Shown piece by piece: positions 25,090 through 37,610 of a stretch of DNA of 64,000 nt. Positions within the stretch are counted from its first letter, which is position 1, and every line of letters begins with the position of its first letter. Where the stretch lies: positions 107,634,001-107,698,000 of the forward strand of contig NC_087437.1 in NCBI RefSeq assembly GCF_036321535.1, read 5' to 3'. The stretch comes from Camelus dromedarius. Taxonomy: Eukaryota. The notes under the pieces were generated by a model. It was not told where the DNA came from, made no database searches, and saw only the letters and a list, made by a program, of their open reading frames with translations. The position numbers and the translations under genes are program-made.

Positions 25090-27249
25090 TATTTGTTTAT
25101 CATTAATAAGCAAACACAGATTTCTGTTTCCAAAGCTAAAATATAATTAACATTTAAAAAGTATTCTTCTTTACATTCTCCCTCCAATACCTTTATATGT
25201 AGATTATAGAATTTTCATTACATTTGAAAGTACTTTATGTAGGTTTATCAACCAATCAACTAAAAAAAAAAATATATATATATATATATAAAAGACAGAA
25301 TCATAAGATAAAATCCAGACTTTTGTTGATGTTTTTATTTAAAAAGCTGTCCATCTGGGGAATATTGCATAACTTATTATTATCTTGGCTTTCCCAGATA
25401 GAAATGTAAATTTTGACTTAGCAAACCCCCTCTGCTGTTATTAGCAGGACTGCTATGAGGAAAAATAGCTCACAATTTTTGGTACTGAAATTTGAAAAAT
25501 AAAAAGTTCACTTCCAAAAAGGAAGATATAATATTGATTTTCCTTTTTCAAGAAAATTATTTCCTGAGGTCTAAGTCCTCACCATTAACACATTTGAAAA
25601 TCAAAACAATAAAAATCTCCCACCCTTTCTTACTTAGCTCATATTTTTACTTATATATAGAATCTTTTGAATAAGAGGAAATTGTGTCCTGTGAGTGACC
25701 TCAGGTTTTGGTAAATTACCTTCCTTCTATGTGAACTCTAAAACATGCATATAAATAAGAATGTGTATGAGCTTGCAAAGACATTACTGGCACTCAGCAT
25801 GTTTCCTATGAAGTTACGTATGCTTGAGGCTAATGTCTAGCTGAATTTTACCCCACGGTTAGTAGAATTTCATGAAATATTTAGAATTTTATATCAGGGC
25901 TTTTGAATAGTTAATTTTTTAGGACACTAGGGACTCGACCATTTAAACATTTTTATTTGAAATGAGAGAATTGATTCGGCCGTTGGTCTAGAATGTGAAT
26001 CTTGTCCTTTGCCTAGATTTCTTCTTCGAGTGGCTGCCCTGCTTACTCCGGGTTAATCAGAGTGCGTCTTCCTGATACAACCATGGATAACAGCCCTTCT
26101 TAGAGTTTTCATCTTTCAACTTTTGTGCTTTGATCATCAATCATCTTTAAAAAATGTTAATACAGCAATTCTCAACTGACCATGCAGTCATCAGAAACAG
26201 AAGAAAACAAACAACTGAGCCAAAGTTTAAGTACCTACCCAGTCTGTCGGTCTTGGTGGTGGTGGTCGTGATGCTTATATATATCCCATATCCTGAAATA
26301 CTCAATAATGGCGGGACATACTCTTGACTGTATATTATATATCTTAGAAATTCACGTAAGCCTAGAATTTCTGCCTTCAAAGCCAACTAAGTAAGATTTT
26401 TCTAAATGTTATTACCGATTGTGAGCAAAATTTCCTTTAGATTATCTAGGTAGGATTACCTAGACATTTAGGAGGAAAAAAAATGTCTTTGTTGGACTAG
26501 AAAAAATTCACCAGGCTTTTAATAATATTAAAAAATATATATAGTGTATTCAATTTCAAAGGGATGCTATAAATTTTTTGGTTTTAACCCCAGAAGACTC
26601 TCTATCTTACATAACAGTCTGGTAGACTCCCAACATCTAAATGAATTGGGTCATTGCAAAAGCTCAGCACTTTATGAGGTCACAAATGTCCCCCCTTCTT
26701 TCCCTCCTTCCTTTTCCCTTCCTTTTTTCCTTCTTTTTCTTTCACAGATAATATGTGTAGAATTTAGGAGACCTACTATTTTTTTGACATCAAAGAATCA
26801 ACCTTACAGATATGTCCATTTATTAATTCTAAATTGTTCTTCTGTAACTAAGAAGAAAAACCTAATTCCTTTTTCATATGATTTTCTTCAATAAATATAT
26901 CCACAAAAATATATATTTATACTTATACAGATCTCATCTCTCTCCCTTTTTTCTCTTAGATAGATACCACTCCCCATCTCAGATAATTAATTAAAAAAAT
27001 AATCACCAACATTGTTCTGTGTGCCACCAGAGGCAATGAGTTCTCCAGGCTTGAATATTAAATTTGAACAAATATTAAATTTGACAAAATTTGAAACTTG
27101 AAAGATTCACTTCTCACATAATGGTGTCAAGTAGATTATCTTTATATTTTGTTTAGTTTCTAGTTTTCCACTATTGTGCAACATCAGTAAGAGAATTATA
27201 ATTCCCTCCCCCCACCAGTAAGTAGACAGAAATTTACATAGTTACTTGG

Positions 27250-27368
27250 TGTAAAACGGTATTTACTTCATAAGGATATTTTCAGGGATACATGAAATAA
27301 TCTACAGAAAGCACTGAGCACATTGCCTGATATATAAAGAGTATTTAACATGTATTAGTTATTAATGT
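27250..27368 (+). mobile_element. MIR 3' part
   Basis: 'tatttacttcataagg...aaagcactgagcacattgcctgatatataaagagtatttaacatgtattagttatt'. Confidence 0.65.
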
Positions 27369-29589
27369 AATTTTTTGCTAATTACTCTAAAATTAGGTTG
27401 CATAAGCTAAAGTCTAAGGAGTAGTTTTGTGACATCTAATTTCTTTGTGTTTCTGAAACACACATGATAGAGATTTCTGGCTACTGTAAACAACTTGTCT
27501 TAGCTGTGGCTGAATGGGATGTGCACAGAAGCACAGTGATCTCATGGTATTGAGAAAATCATTCTGATTTCAGTGTTAGATAGCGAGTGAATCAGGCATG
27601 ATCAAACAGTCCTGGAAATACCAGTCACTCCCATCAGCACACGCAGATTGATCTGTTTGTGGCCGGAAATAATGTACACGCTGTTCTTGAAACCACATTA
27701 TCTCCACAAAATACTGCTGTGGACTAGACAGTTTAATCCTTTTCAAAATGTGTGCTTTGGCTTGCACTCTGGGGAAAATAATATAAAGTTTAATAAATAG
27801 CTAATATTAAATCAAAGGAGGAGACAAAGAATGCTTCTCGTGGTGTTACCTGGTTTATAATACATACTGACATGATCTCTGTTCCTTTATAGAGGCAGGT
27901 TATTTGTTTAATATGTGAACTTACTTATATATTTTAAAACACGTGGGCCATTTTAGAAACATCCTATTTGAGATTATGTTTTAACTTTTTATTCATGCGA
28001 ATAACATTGAATCACATACACAAGAGCATTTTTTTGGATTTCCTTTTCCTTTATTCTATGATATAAAATTCCATTTAGCAGTAGATGCTCTTGGTACTAA
28101 CATATCACAACTGTTGCCAAAGTCCTTCTTTATCCCTCAAGACAGAAGTGATAGGATACTTCTCACACTGAACTTCATCTTGACCTCGCTGTGCTGTCTA
28201 CGTTGTGTTTATCTAACCTCTTTCAGAGGTGAATTCTCACACATTGGCTAACTGCTTTCCTATCATGAACTCTTTCTAATTTTGCTGTTAACACGAAAGA
28301 TCATACTCCTTAACCCAAAGTTTTATCACATTCCTCAGCCAAGATATCATTGTAACACTCCCCTTTTCTGGTTATCAATAGATATTTAATCCTGACACAA
28401 ACAGAAATGAAATCCCCTATTATTTGAAATCATGTGAGAAATATTCAGTGTTTTTCAATCATACTTAGAAAGAACAATTTTCACATTTTATGCTGTAAGT
28501 AGGATGGAATTCTGGGCCTTGCTTTTGAGACCCAAAGATTTGAATTAAAGTGATAAGAAATAGAAATGGATTTAAACTGAACACTGGTTGACTCCATACA
28601 GGAGGGAGAAAGTAGTTTCAAAACTGGGAGCTGCTGTCATGAGTTATGATAATACGGAAAATGATACAATAACTCTAAATATAAAATCGTATTTTTACAT
28701 ATGCCTTAGAGCAGAAATATACAAGGGTTACCAATGCCGAAGGATTAATCAGAACAGAATTCACAGAGGATGTGAGCCCATTTGAACATACGGCAAGTAA
28801 CAGGTTTGAGGAAACAGTGGTGTTTCAGGTCTCCCGCCCGTGACTGGGTTAGTGTTTCGGCAACTCCACCACTCACCATCTGCTTGGGTTAGTGGAATAA
28901 GCAAAGCACAAAATTAAGATAAGATCTTAGTTCAAAAGGAGAAATAAGGCATTTTGTAGTGTTTGAAATCAAGAGGTTGGTTCACAGTAGAACGGAAACT
29001 AAAAGAAGCTAGTATTTGAAGGGTGAAGGAGTAAACTATTGAAGAAGTAACAATTGGGGACTTTTCTGGTCACACTCTTATTTATGCCATGCCTGATATA
29101 ATCAAAATGTTTGGAAGGAGACTTTTAGATCCTATGAGTTGAAACTGTTGTTTATACTGACATTAAAAAAAATATCTATTTCAACTTACATGTCAAGGTG
29201 AAGGAAGAAGGTAGCTCAGACTCCTTTGGCATCTCCAGAGGTAAGAACAGTACCGATTAAGTCTCAGTTTTATGTCCTTTGGCAATTTTACAGAAGGAGC
29301 TGAAACAATTGAACTAAACATAGGAAAGAGGTGGGAAGAAGAAAAAAAATACAGTAAAAAAATTCCTGAGGAGTGATTTGGAGAGGGATGGTGGTGATAA
29401 TGACATTATATTTGGTGTATTTTCTTAACATCTACTGAGTCAGTTCTACGCTTCACAAATTCAGTTGAACTTTCTATATGTGTGAGTCTAATCTTGGCAA
29501 ATCAATTCATATGCACAAACCTTGCAGAGTCTCTGGTTCAGGGGTGACTATGACCAATAACCTGTTTTCATATCTCAGAGGCTGAACAC

Positions 29590-30095
29590 TCCTCATTCAT
29601 CCCATAGAAGGCCTACTGTGTGCTGGGCGTTGTTTTAGGCCCTTGGGATGAATGGATAACAAACAAACGAAGCAAACTTGACTTTATAAAGCTTGTGTGC
29701 TAGTGAACGGTGGTCAAGGTAAATTAAAAACAGAAACAAGCAAGTTACACAATAGCTTAGAAACACTTTACTGGCACCAGGGAACCTTTGGGGGAGATGG
29801 TAAGTACTTACTGTGGACTGTGCCCTGTGAAGTTGTGCCGGGTCAGTGACATCCATGGTGACTAGGGGACCACGTGGCAAAGATTCCTACAGACAATTTG
29901 AAGCTGAAGAGGAATACTGATCTTATTCCACGAGTACACATTGTTTTTAATTAACAGTGTTTTAATTAATAGTGGAAAAATAGATATGGCCAAGGGGACC
30001 GGGTGCAAGGCAGAGGGGCAGAGGAGAGGACTGCAATTTCAAATGGAATGGTCTGGGTAGGTTTTATAGAGGTGACTTTCAAGCAAAACTCAACC
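29590..30095 (-). mobile_element. L2 3' end (antisense), split by a templated insertion at 29770-29979
   Basis: 'cattcatccc...cctactgtgtgctgggcgttgttttaggcccttgggat' before the insert; 'gcaatttcaaatggaatggtctgggtagg...gaggtgactttcaagcaaaac' after it, colinear with antisense L2. Confidence 0.75.
29770..29979 (+). repeat. Diverged local direct duplicate of 30685-30942
   Basis: Shared blocks in the same order: actg(g/a)cacc; ctttgggg.agatggt(a/g)agta; cctgtgaagttg; accacgtg.caaag; tgaagctga; actgatcttattcc; acacattgtttttaattaa; gtggaaaa. Confidence 0.9.
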
Positions 30096-30299
30096 CATGT
30101 TATTGACTGCCAAACATATTTTAGCTTGTGAGCATACATGATAAACAAAATAATCTTTCTCCTCTGTTTATATTCTAGTGGGAGGAGATAGGCGATAATA
30201 ATGAAAAATTACTTAACGTATCCAGTGATGGGGATGTCCAGAGGATAGAGCATAATCAGAGTGTGTACTCTTTCTGATAATACTGACTGTGAGGCTTTT

Positions 30300-30895
30300 A
30301 TGTAGGGTGGTCCTTAAGCAGCAGACCCTAATTCATATGATTCCTCAGCGTAGGACTTGAAGAAAGCAGATCTCTGGCAAATTGTATGTTCTAAAACTTC
30401 ATTAGGGAGAATAATCTGAGGGAAGGGTGTTCAGGTAGAAGAAGAGTGAGGGAGGGAAGGAAGGCAAGTGACTGAAAAAGCTTGTTCCTGATCTGGCTAC
30501 CATCTGTGATCAGACATATCCGGAACCATCATCTGAGAGGCATTTGGGAGACAAGGGGAAAGCATTTACCAGTCAGTACAGTGTCTTACTTGTGAAAGTT
30601 ATACCCTCGGGTATGTTAACAAGATGGCATTTCTGGGCCATTTCTTTGTAGGCTCTAAGGTGGTCCCATGGTATCTTGTGTCTCACTGACACCGGGAAAG
30701 CTTTGGGGTAGATGGTGAGTAGGGACACATGGAGCTCAGGCATTAGGCAACTCACTGTGACCTGTACTCCTGTGAAGTTGGGAGGAAAATCTGCAGAGTT
30801 CATGGCCTCAGTGGTGGCTCGGGTACCACGTGACAAAGGTCCCTGTAGACAGGTGAAGCTGAGAGGATCTGATGCAGTGCAGAAGCAAGGGCTAC
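30300..30895 (-). mobile_element. ERVL-type LTR (LTR16-like)
   Basis: 'aagcagcagaccct', 'gagtgagggagggaaggaaggcaag'; end 'aagctgagaggatctgatgcagtgcagaagcaagggctac'. Confidence 0.6.
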
Positions 30896-32238
30896 TGATC
30901 TTATTCCCTGGGCACACATTGTTTTTAATTAATGGTGGAAAACTCTTTTTAAATCATTTAATAGTTTAAATCATTTAATAGTCTTCATATACATAATGGT
31001 TTCCAATATTGCTCCATTCATCACAGTATCAGGCAATCTTAACTAAATTGCAAATTAACGGTCATGGCAAAAAAAAAGCATCAAGCAACTATAAGGAGTG
31101 AAGGAGAAAAACTGTGTAGACAAGCATATTTTTATTTCATTTTACAGATTCTTTGCAAGAAAAGTACGCCTTCAACCTAATACACTTACTTATACATCAT
31201 TTTGGCTCCATCATTGATGAAGAAAACTCAATTTAAAGTTCTGAACTGCTAACGTGGCACATCTTTACATCACTATTAAAAATATCTACTTCAACCTGCA
31301 CGTTAAGATAAAAGAAGGGCATAGTATACAAGGGGTTTGGCTGTCTTTATTGTATATTGTAAACAATTTGAACTCCATCTGCTTTGGGTGTTTGGTTCTA
31401 AGCACGAGTTATCTAAAGCAAGATAGGACAGAGCTTCATTCCGCACGTCAGTGTGAAACTTCACAGTCCTGGTAGAGAGGATAGAAGAACAATTGGTCAT
31501 ATGCCCTGTTATCTTCTTTTCAGTCTCTGATCTGAAGTCACTGAAGTCATTCCAAAGCACTAAGTCAAATGTCTCGAATTTCACTCACTTTTTTAGGTCA
31601 GTTTTACTAGCATTTAAGATATGCATGTCTATGTATATGTGTTATAAAGCGAGACCCCTTAATTCACATTTCTGTTTAGGACTCAGGTTTTCCTTCCAAT
31701 ATTAGGCTAGCCTGTACTGGCTAGCCAGTAATTTTCTTTTCCTGAGATTTGAAAACCATAATTTAAAGTGACTACTTCATAATGGAGAAGCGAGTCGGAT
31801 AAAATAACTGCAGACAAGGCTTTCAATTTTTCTGGATGAAATTGTCAATGAAAGTGCGAGTTAAACATCTCTTTGACTCAGTCTTGAAGTGGTTTCTCGT
31901 CTTGTTTGCACTCAGCACTTTCTGCACAACACAGTGAAATCAACACCTTTACAAAAGCAACAAAAAACGGTGATTAGAAATTTCGGCTTCCATTTTTATT
32001 GTTGGTTAAACAAGATTCTGATTTCTTTTCTAGTTAAGAACACCTAAATTACTTCCTTCAAAGAGGACAGAGTGATGTATCTTCCTGTGTAAAACATCAT
32101 TTTCCAGCAATGAACATTATTTAGACTGTCTATTTCATCTAGAGAAACTAGAGATAAAATTTTATCTAAAGACTTCTCGTTTCTCATCCCATAGAATAAT
32201 ACTTCATCATTGTAGACATGTAGCTGACAGGGGCAATT

Positions 32239-32864
32239 AAAAAAAATTTGAAGTATAGGTACTTTACAATGCTGTGTTTCTGGTGTACAGCAAAGTGATT
32301 CAGATATATATATATATGTGTGTGTGTGTGTATATACATATATACACACACATATACATATATAATTTTTCAAATTCTTTTCCATTATAGGTCATTATAA
32401 GATATTGAACATAATTCTTTGTGCTATATTGTAGGAACTTGTAGTCTATCTATTTTATATATAGTAGTGTATATCTATTAATCCCAAGCTCCTAATTTAT
32501 TCCTCCCCCAACCCTTTCCCTTTTGGTAACCATAAGTTACCATAAAGCATAAGAGCAACCATCCATGTTGATGCAAATGACATTATTTCATTCTTTTTTA
32601 TGGCTGAGTAATATCTATATCTAGATACCTATATCTATATATATACCGCAACTTTATCCATTCATCTGTCAATAGACACTTAAGCTGCTTTCAAGTTTTG
32701 GCTATTGTAAATAGTGTTGCTATGAACATTGGGGTGCATGCATCTTTTCAAATTAGAGTTTTCTCTGAATATATGCCCAGGAGTGGGATCATTGGATCAT
32801 ATGGTAACTCTATTTTTAGTGTTTTCAGGAACCTCCACACTGTCCTTATAGTGGCACCACCAAT
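32239..32864 (-). mobile_element. 5'-truncated cetartiodactyl-type L1 3' end with TSD and internal deletion
   Basis: 'ttgaagtataggtactttacaatgctgtgtttctggtgtacagcaaagtgattcag...gctatgaacattggggtgcatg...ggatcatatggtaactctatttttag'. TSD ctgacaggggcaatt (32224-32238) / ctgataagggcaatt (32865-32879). Confidence 0.92.
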
Positions 32865-33239
32865 CTGATAAGGGCAATTTTTAAAAGAGGTTTTTAAAAA
32901 AGAAATTTTTCTGAAGGCCTATATTCACTTCTGTTTTCAAAACTATTAGCTAAAGTCAAAGATGTTGGTCTTTTATCAAGCCACTTCAATGAAATCAGCA
33001 ATATCTGCACAATAAAATCATAGAAAAAATAGAGTAAAACTTTGGGAAAACATTATCCTTATATTGATAACTTGTTATATCCACTCAGTGAGCTACTAGT
33101 AATGTAAATAAAAACTACCTTATAGCCATAAAAAAATTTGGAGATTTATTCAGTTCTATTGAATTCTTTGTTATTTTAATGTTAGTCAAGCAATATCTTA
33201 AAATTTCCAGACTTTAAGAATAGCAATTATCAGCACCTT

Positions 33240-33835
33240 TTCATGAAAATATTGACATCAGTTACACTTGCCATATCCCCATGACAGTCATCGTATCTGG
33301 TAGATTCTGCTTCCATAAATATCTCAAAATCTGTCTTCTTCCTTCTTATGACACCCCCTTCATATGGCTGGTGACCATCTGTCTTCATGCTTTCTCCTAC
33401 AGCCTCCTAACAGACAACCAATCTCTCCTCCACCACATTGCCAAGTTCGGTTTGTCTAGAAACAGATCTGTTGATTTCAGTGTTTTGCTGTTGCATAGAG
33501 TAGGGACCAGAATGCCTATTAAGCTTTCCACTCATCTTCAGTTCTCCTGTGTCCACATAGTGTCAGGCAACACACACAAACTCAGCGTTTCCTAGACACC
33601 CCATGCCCTGTAGCTTTTTCCTTAGCCCATGTTCTCCTTTCTGTTGGGAATGCTATTCTGATATTTCTGCCTCCCACACTTCTTGGCCTTCATTGTATAA
33701 ATCACAGACTCCTGTGAAAGTTTCCTGATCTCCCTAAAGAATTAGTCATGTCCTTCTATGTGTTTCTGTAGAGTTTGCTATGCTCTCTGTGGTGTATGGG
33801 TTATGTAAACTACTTGAGGCTGTCAACGACTCATT
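33240..33835 (+). mobile_element. Decayed L2 fragment
   Basis: 'ttccataaatatctcaaaatctgtcttcttccttc', 'acagcctcctaac', 'tctcctccaccacattgccaag', 'gtaaactacttgaggc'. Confidence 0.6.
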
Positions 33836-33946
33836 CATTCACTCAACTCAGAGCTAACAAGAGTCCACTCTGTGCCAGGCGCTCTATTTCACACTGAGCA
33901 TGAAACCGTAAATACAGCGGAACACGGGTCTCTCCATTTTTGAGGA

Positions 33947-34136
33947 CTGGTGGATCTCCCACCTCAGCAGGCATATGGACCACTTGGGGCACTTTATAAA
34001 CACGCAGATTTCTGAGATACACCATCAGATATTCTGACTCACAATCTCAGGATATGGTCCAGAAATGTGTCTTTTTGTTAACTGCTCTAGGGGATGCTGG
34101 TCTGTGTGGCTCATTTACACAATGTTAGAGATACTG
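33947..34136. mobile_element. MER5-type hAT MITE
   Basis: 'ggaccacttggggcactttataaacacgcagatttctgagatacaccatcagatattctgactca...ccagaaatgtgtcttttt'. Confidence 0.7.
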
Positions 34137-34921
34137 CAGTAGGCTTTATGCTCTATTAGACATGATACATATCTGTGTTCATATCATTTTATTTTATTAT
34201 TTTATGTCTACTCCTATATGCCCAGCAACTAGGCTGGTACCCAGTACTTTGTACATCTTCAGTAAATATTTTTGACTGAATCATGCTCTCATGGACTTAA
34301 TAATCCCATGGATTACACAGGCTGTCATAATACCATATGTCATAATTCAGAAATGAGGGTGCTATCTTATAAGGGGACATTTAACTATGGTTGCTTAATC
34401 AGGTAAATTTCCATAGGAGAAGAGATACTGAAATTTTCACCCAAAGGATAAATGAGTTACCAGGCAAAGTGATTGAAGGGGGAAGGATTATGCCAGGCAA
34501 AAAGAATCACTTGCTCAATACTTTGTAGTTAGGAAAAACATCTCCCCTGGCAAGCAACAGGCAAACTGTTACAATAGAGTCATAATAAATGTGTGAGCAA
34601 ATAAAGTTTGAATATCAGTGGGCCATGTGTTAAATACTTAACACAATGGCTGTCATGTAGGAGGTGCTAAATGCTTATTTAATGCTAAATACTTATTTAA
34701 AGTATTTTTAATCAATAAATATAGTTTCCTTTTCGCCATGAAAACCCATCAAAGACTGTACATGATTATCATTTAATAAATAATCAATCAATTTTAAGTT
34801 TAATGGATTCTCATTTTGTAAATGAAGACAATTAAGTACAAATATGCAACCATTTCTTCAGTTTCTCAGTTTGCAGCAGTCTAAAGTCCATGTATCCTGA
34901 TGCATATTTAAATGCCTTCAA

Positions 34922-35080
34922 GGGGGGTGGGTAGAGCTTAGTGACAGAGCGTGTACTGAGCATGCGTGAGGTCCTGGGTTCAATCCGAGGTATCTCCATT
35001 AAAAAAAAAAGTTGAGAACTCTGCCCAAAAAATAAATAAATGAAATAAAAGTTTAAAAAAGTCTTAAAAAATAAAAGAAA
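34922..35080 (+). mobile_element. tRNA-derived SINE, camelid Vic-1-like
   Basis: 'ggggggtgggtagagcttagtgacagagcgtgtactgagcatgcgtgaggtcctgggttcaatccgaggtatctcc' with A-box-like and B-box (ggttcaatcc 34977-34986) motifs, long A-rich tail, and imperfect TSD taaatgc...ttcaag on both sides. Confidence 0.85.
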
Positions 35081-36293
35081 TAAATGCATTATTCAAGACC
35101 AAGAAACAATTTTTTTTTAATTGAAAAAAAGACGATACTTTAATTCCTGGCAACTTATTCATGTCACCTTTGTAGTGAAAGCAATTTTTCTCATTGTTAG
35201 CTCTTCATAAAATTCCATTTTAATTGTTATATATTTTAATATAACATATTAATATATGCTATTAACAATTAATATAAATTGTTATATATTTTAATAGGGA
35301 TGAGGGGCCTCTGACATCCAGGGCACCCAAGTGTTTTACATCACAGGGCCTCTTCTGCAGGTTGTTTTAGAACTCCCAGGAAGGAAAAATAAATTCACCA
35401 GTTATCACTGTGTTTGGAAGTAAGATTGAGTGTCATCTTCATGACAGGAGACAACTCTTCTATGTTAATGACACTGTTCCCTCCTTTTTTTTTTTAGCTT
35501 TTGAATTTGAAGAAGTAATCTAGAAGACTTTCATTTTAAGAACTGTAAAAATTTCCCTCTCAAAGTCTTCACCCCTGTGTGGGTAAGTGGATGCTAATTT
35601 CTGAGGTTTGGTATTTGGTGGGTCTGTTTTCTTTTCTTTTTTCCTTTACTTTTCTTTCCTTCCTTTCTTTTTATGTTATTTGCCATAGATGCTGCATATC
35701 CAGATTGTCTATCAGAAGGGAATTGGTTATTTTTATGCGTTCTTGGTTAAAACTGCTATCAGAGTACTGAGCTTATCAACCCACTGTTTGTTCTCCTGCA
35801 AATCACCTACTTCTAAGTTCCAGTTAAGCAAATTGTTTCGAGTTTTAGCTACTGTCTTTGTAGGGAATACAGTCGTCTGGAATAAAGATTCAATGAACAA
35901 ATTTAAACTATTAATAGAAAAAATATAGAATTTTGAATCCTTTTTTAAAAGTTAAATAATGGAAGGTATATGACTGAGTGAAGAAGACAAGATGTTTGTT
36001 CCTTTCACGTATGATGAGGAACTTTCTAATAACTGCCTTCAGTCAATGGTAGTTATTTTAAAGCATGTAATTATATACACTCAGTTACCAAATTATGAAT
36101 CCAAAGTTCTGTTTCCTAAAACTTCTGGACATTTTAAGAGGCAGAAAAGAAACCTGACAGTGGCTTTCTCTCCTAAGTTAGCTCCAGTGCTGCTGCCCAG
36201 CACAGCAAAGCACTTACTTCCTCTAGTGGCTGATCTTGTTGCCTACAAAAGAGAGTTGATTTTTCTCTTGGGTCATTAGATACTCGCTAAGGA

Positions 36294-36350
36294 AAAACAA
36301 AACAAAACAAAACAAAACAAAACAAAACAAAACAAAACAAGACAAAAAAC
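36294..36350. repeat. (AAAAC)n microsatellite
   Basis: About 9 perfect AAAAC units. Confidence 0.95.
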
Positions 36351-36789
36351 AATATATAATACTTTGTTTTTAACTGGAAGGATTCTCTTATTATTAAAGT
36401 CATATTTGAAACCAGTGGAAGAGTATATAAAACTATAAAATAGAAGCTGTCAATGTTATTTTTGAAAGTATTACAAAGGTACTAGAGCTTCTCATATGTG
36501 TGTAAAACCCATAAGGCAAAGCCTTTATGAAGTGTACACAGTCCCTGATACAAGGTAGACACATATAACTTACTGCCTGATGTAGTGGCTTGTGTAGAGA
36601 TGGGCTTCAAATATGTATGAAGACTGTACCTGCTAAGGAGGGATATCTCTTACAAGAGCCAATGGAAGTAACTAACGCAATGTGGTATTGAGAGATGAAT
36701 GACTAATAGCTCAAAATAATTCAATTAAGAATTCAGAAAATTACCACTGCATGTTTCAAAGCTAATGAATTATTCAAGTGGTAAAAATG

Positions 36790-37610
36790 AGGAAAGCATG
36801 GATAGTTCAGTAAATGGGGTGGTGAAAATTAGCTGTGCACTTGGGAGGAGATGACATGGAAGTTACATCCCTATTTCACAACTTTTGCAAAAAATAAATT
36901 CCAAGTAGATTAAAGATCTAAACATAAAAACTGAAACCATATGCAAACTAGCAGGCTTTGCTTAATGTGATACGGAAGCCCAAACTTAGGAAGATTGGTA
37001 GTACAACAGATTTAAATGTTTAAAAACTCCTGCTTGTCAAAGCATACCAAATAAAGCATCAGGAAAGCAAAAGTCAAGAATGGGAAGGATTTCGCAAAAG
37101 TCAAGATGGTTAACATCTTTTATATTCAAAAATGCATTTATAAAGTATTAAGTAAAATGCAAATGCTCCAATAAAATGAGTAAAGGACATGAACCAGTAA
37201 ATTACAGAGGAAACAAGAGAAATAAATAATATAGCCTTATAATTCATCAACATTGCTAATAATCCAAAGACTTCACATTATGAATTATTTTTCAACAATG
37301 AGATGGATTAAAATGGGGAGGCAAAAGGTGGACTCAAGAATAATGTTAATGAGAAAAATAAATTGTTTTAATTTTCCAGGAAAGCCATCCAGCACTACTT
37401 CCTAAACTTTACCTATCAGCATCCCCTTCTCTAGCAATTCCAATTTGATGAAATTTTCCAAGTAAAAAGTGTGACTCACATGCAAAGATGCATTTATGTG
37501 ACTTTATTTGAAACATTGCTTAAACCATTGGCAAATTAGGAGGAAAAACACAACTAAATGTTCATTAATAGAATGTTAGTATAATTTGCTATTTCTAAAC
37601 AATGGAAAGA
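36790..37610 (+). mobile_element. Ancient L1ME-type ORF2 3' fragment
   Basis: 'ttcagtaaatggggtggtgaaaatt', 'aaaaataaattccaagtagattaaagatctaaacataaaa', 'taaaggacatgaaccagtaa'. Confidence 0.7.

Noticed and set aside
28710..28792. Possible + strand exon (ccttAG|...catacg|GCaagt; frame EQKYTRVTNAEGLIRTEFTEDVSPFEHT)
   Set aside because: Weak polypyrimidine tract, non-canonical GC donor without the usual exonic AG, unrecognised peptide, no partner exons.
30573..30969. Overlapping 114-aa (-) and 85-aa (+) ORFs
   Set aside because: Both lie mostly in a GC-richer LTR remnant where stop codons are rarer by chance.
30947..30982. 17-bp tandem duplication tttaaatcatttaatag x2 (similar short duplications at ~18490, ~27055, ~38020, ~44700)
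   Set aside because: Ordinary replication-slippage duplications; no repeat-spacer organisation, so not CRISPR-like.
34922..34997. tRNA-like sequence
   Set aside because: Followed by an A-rich tail and TSD, with degenerate stems; it is a SINE head, not a tRNA gene.
36215..36235. CTCF-like motif (GCCACTAGAGGAAG on the minus strand)
   Set aside because: Mismatches the conserved GGC end of the core; such partial matches are expected by chance.
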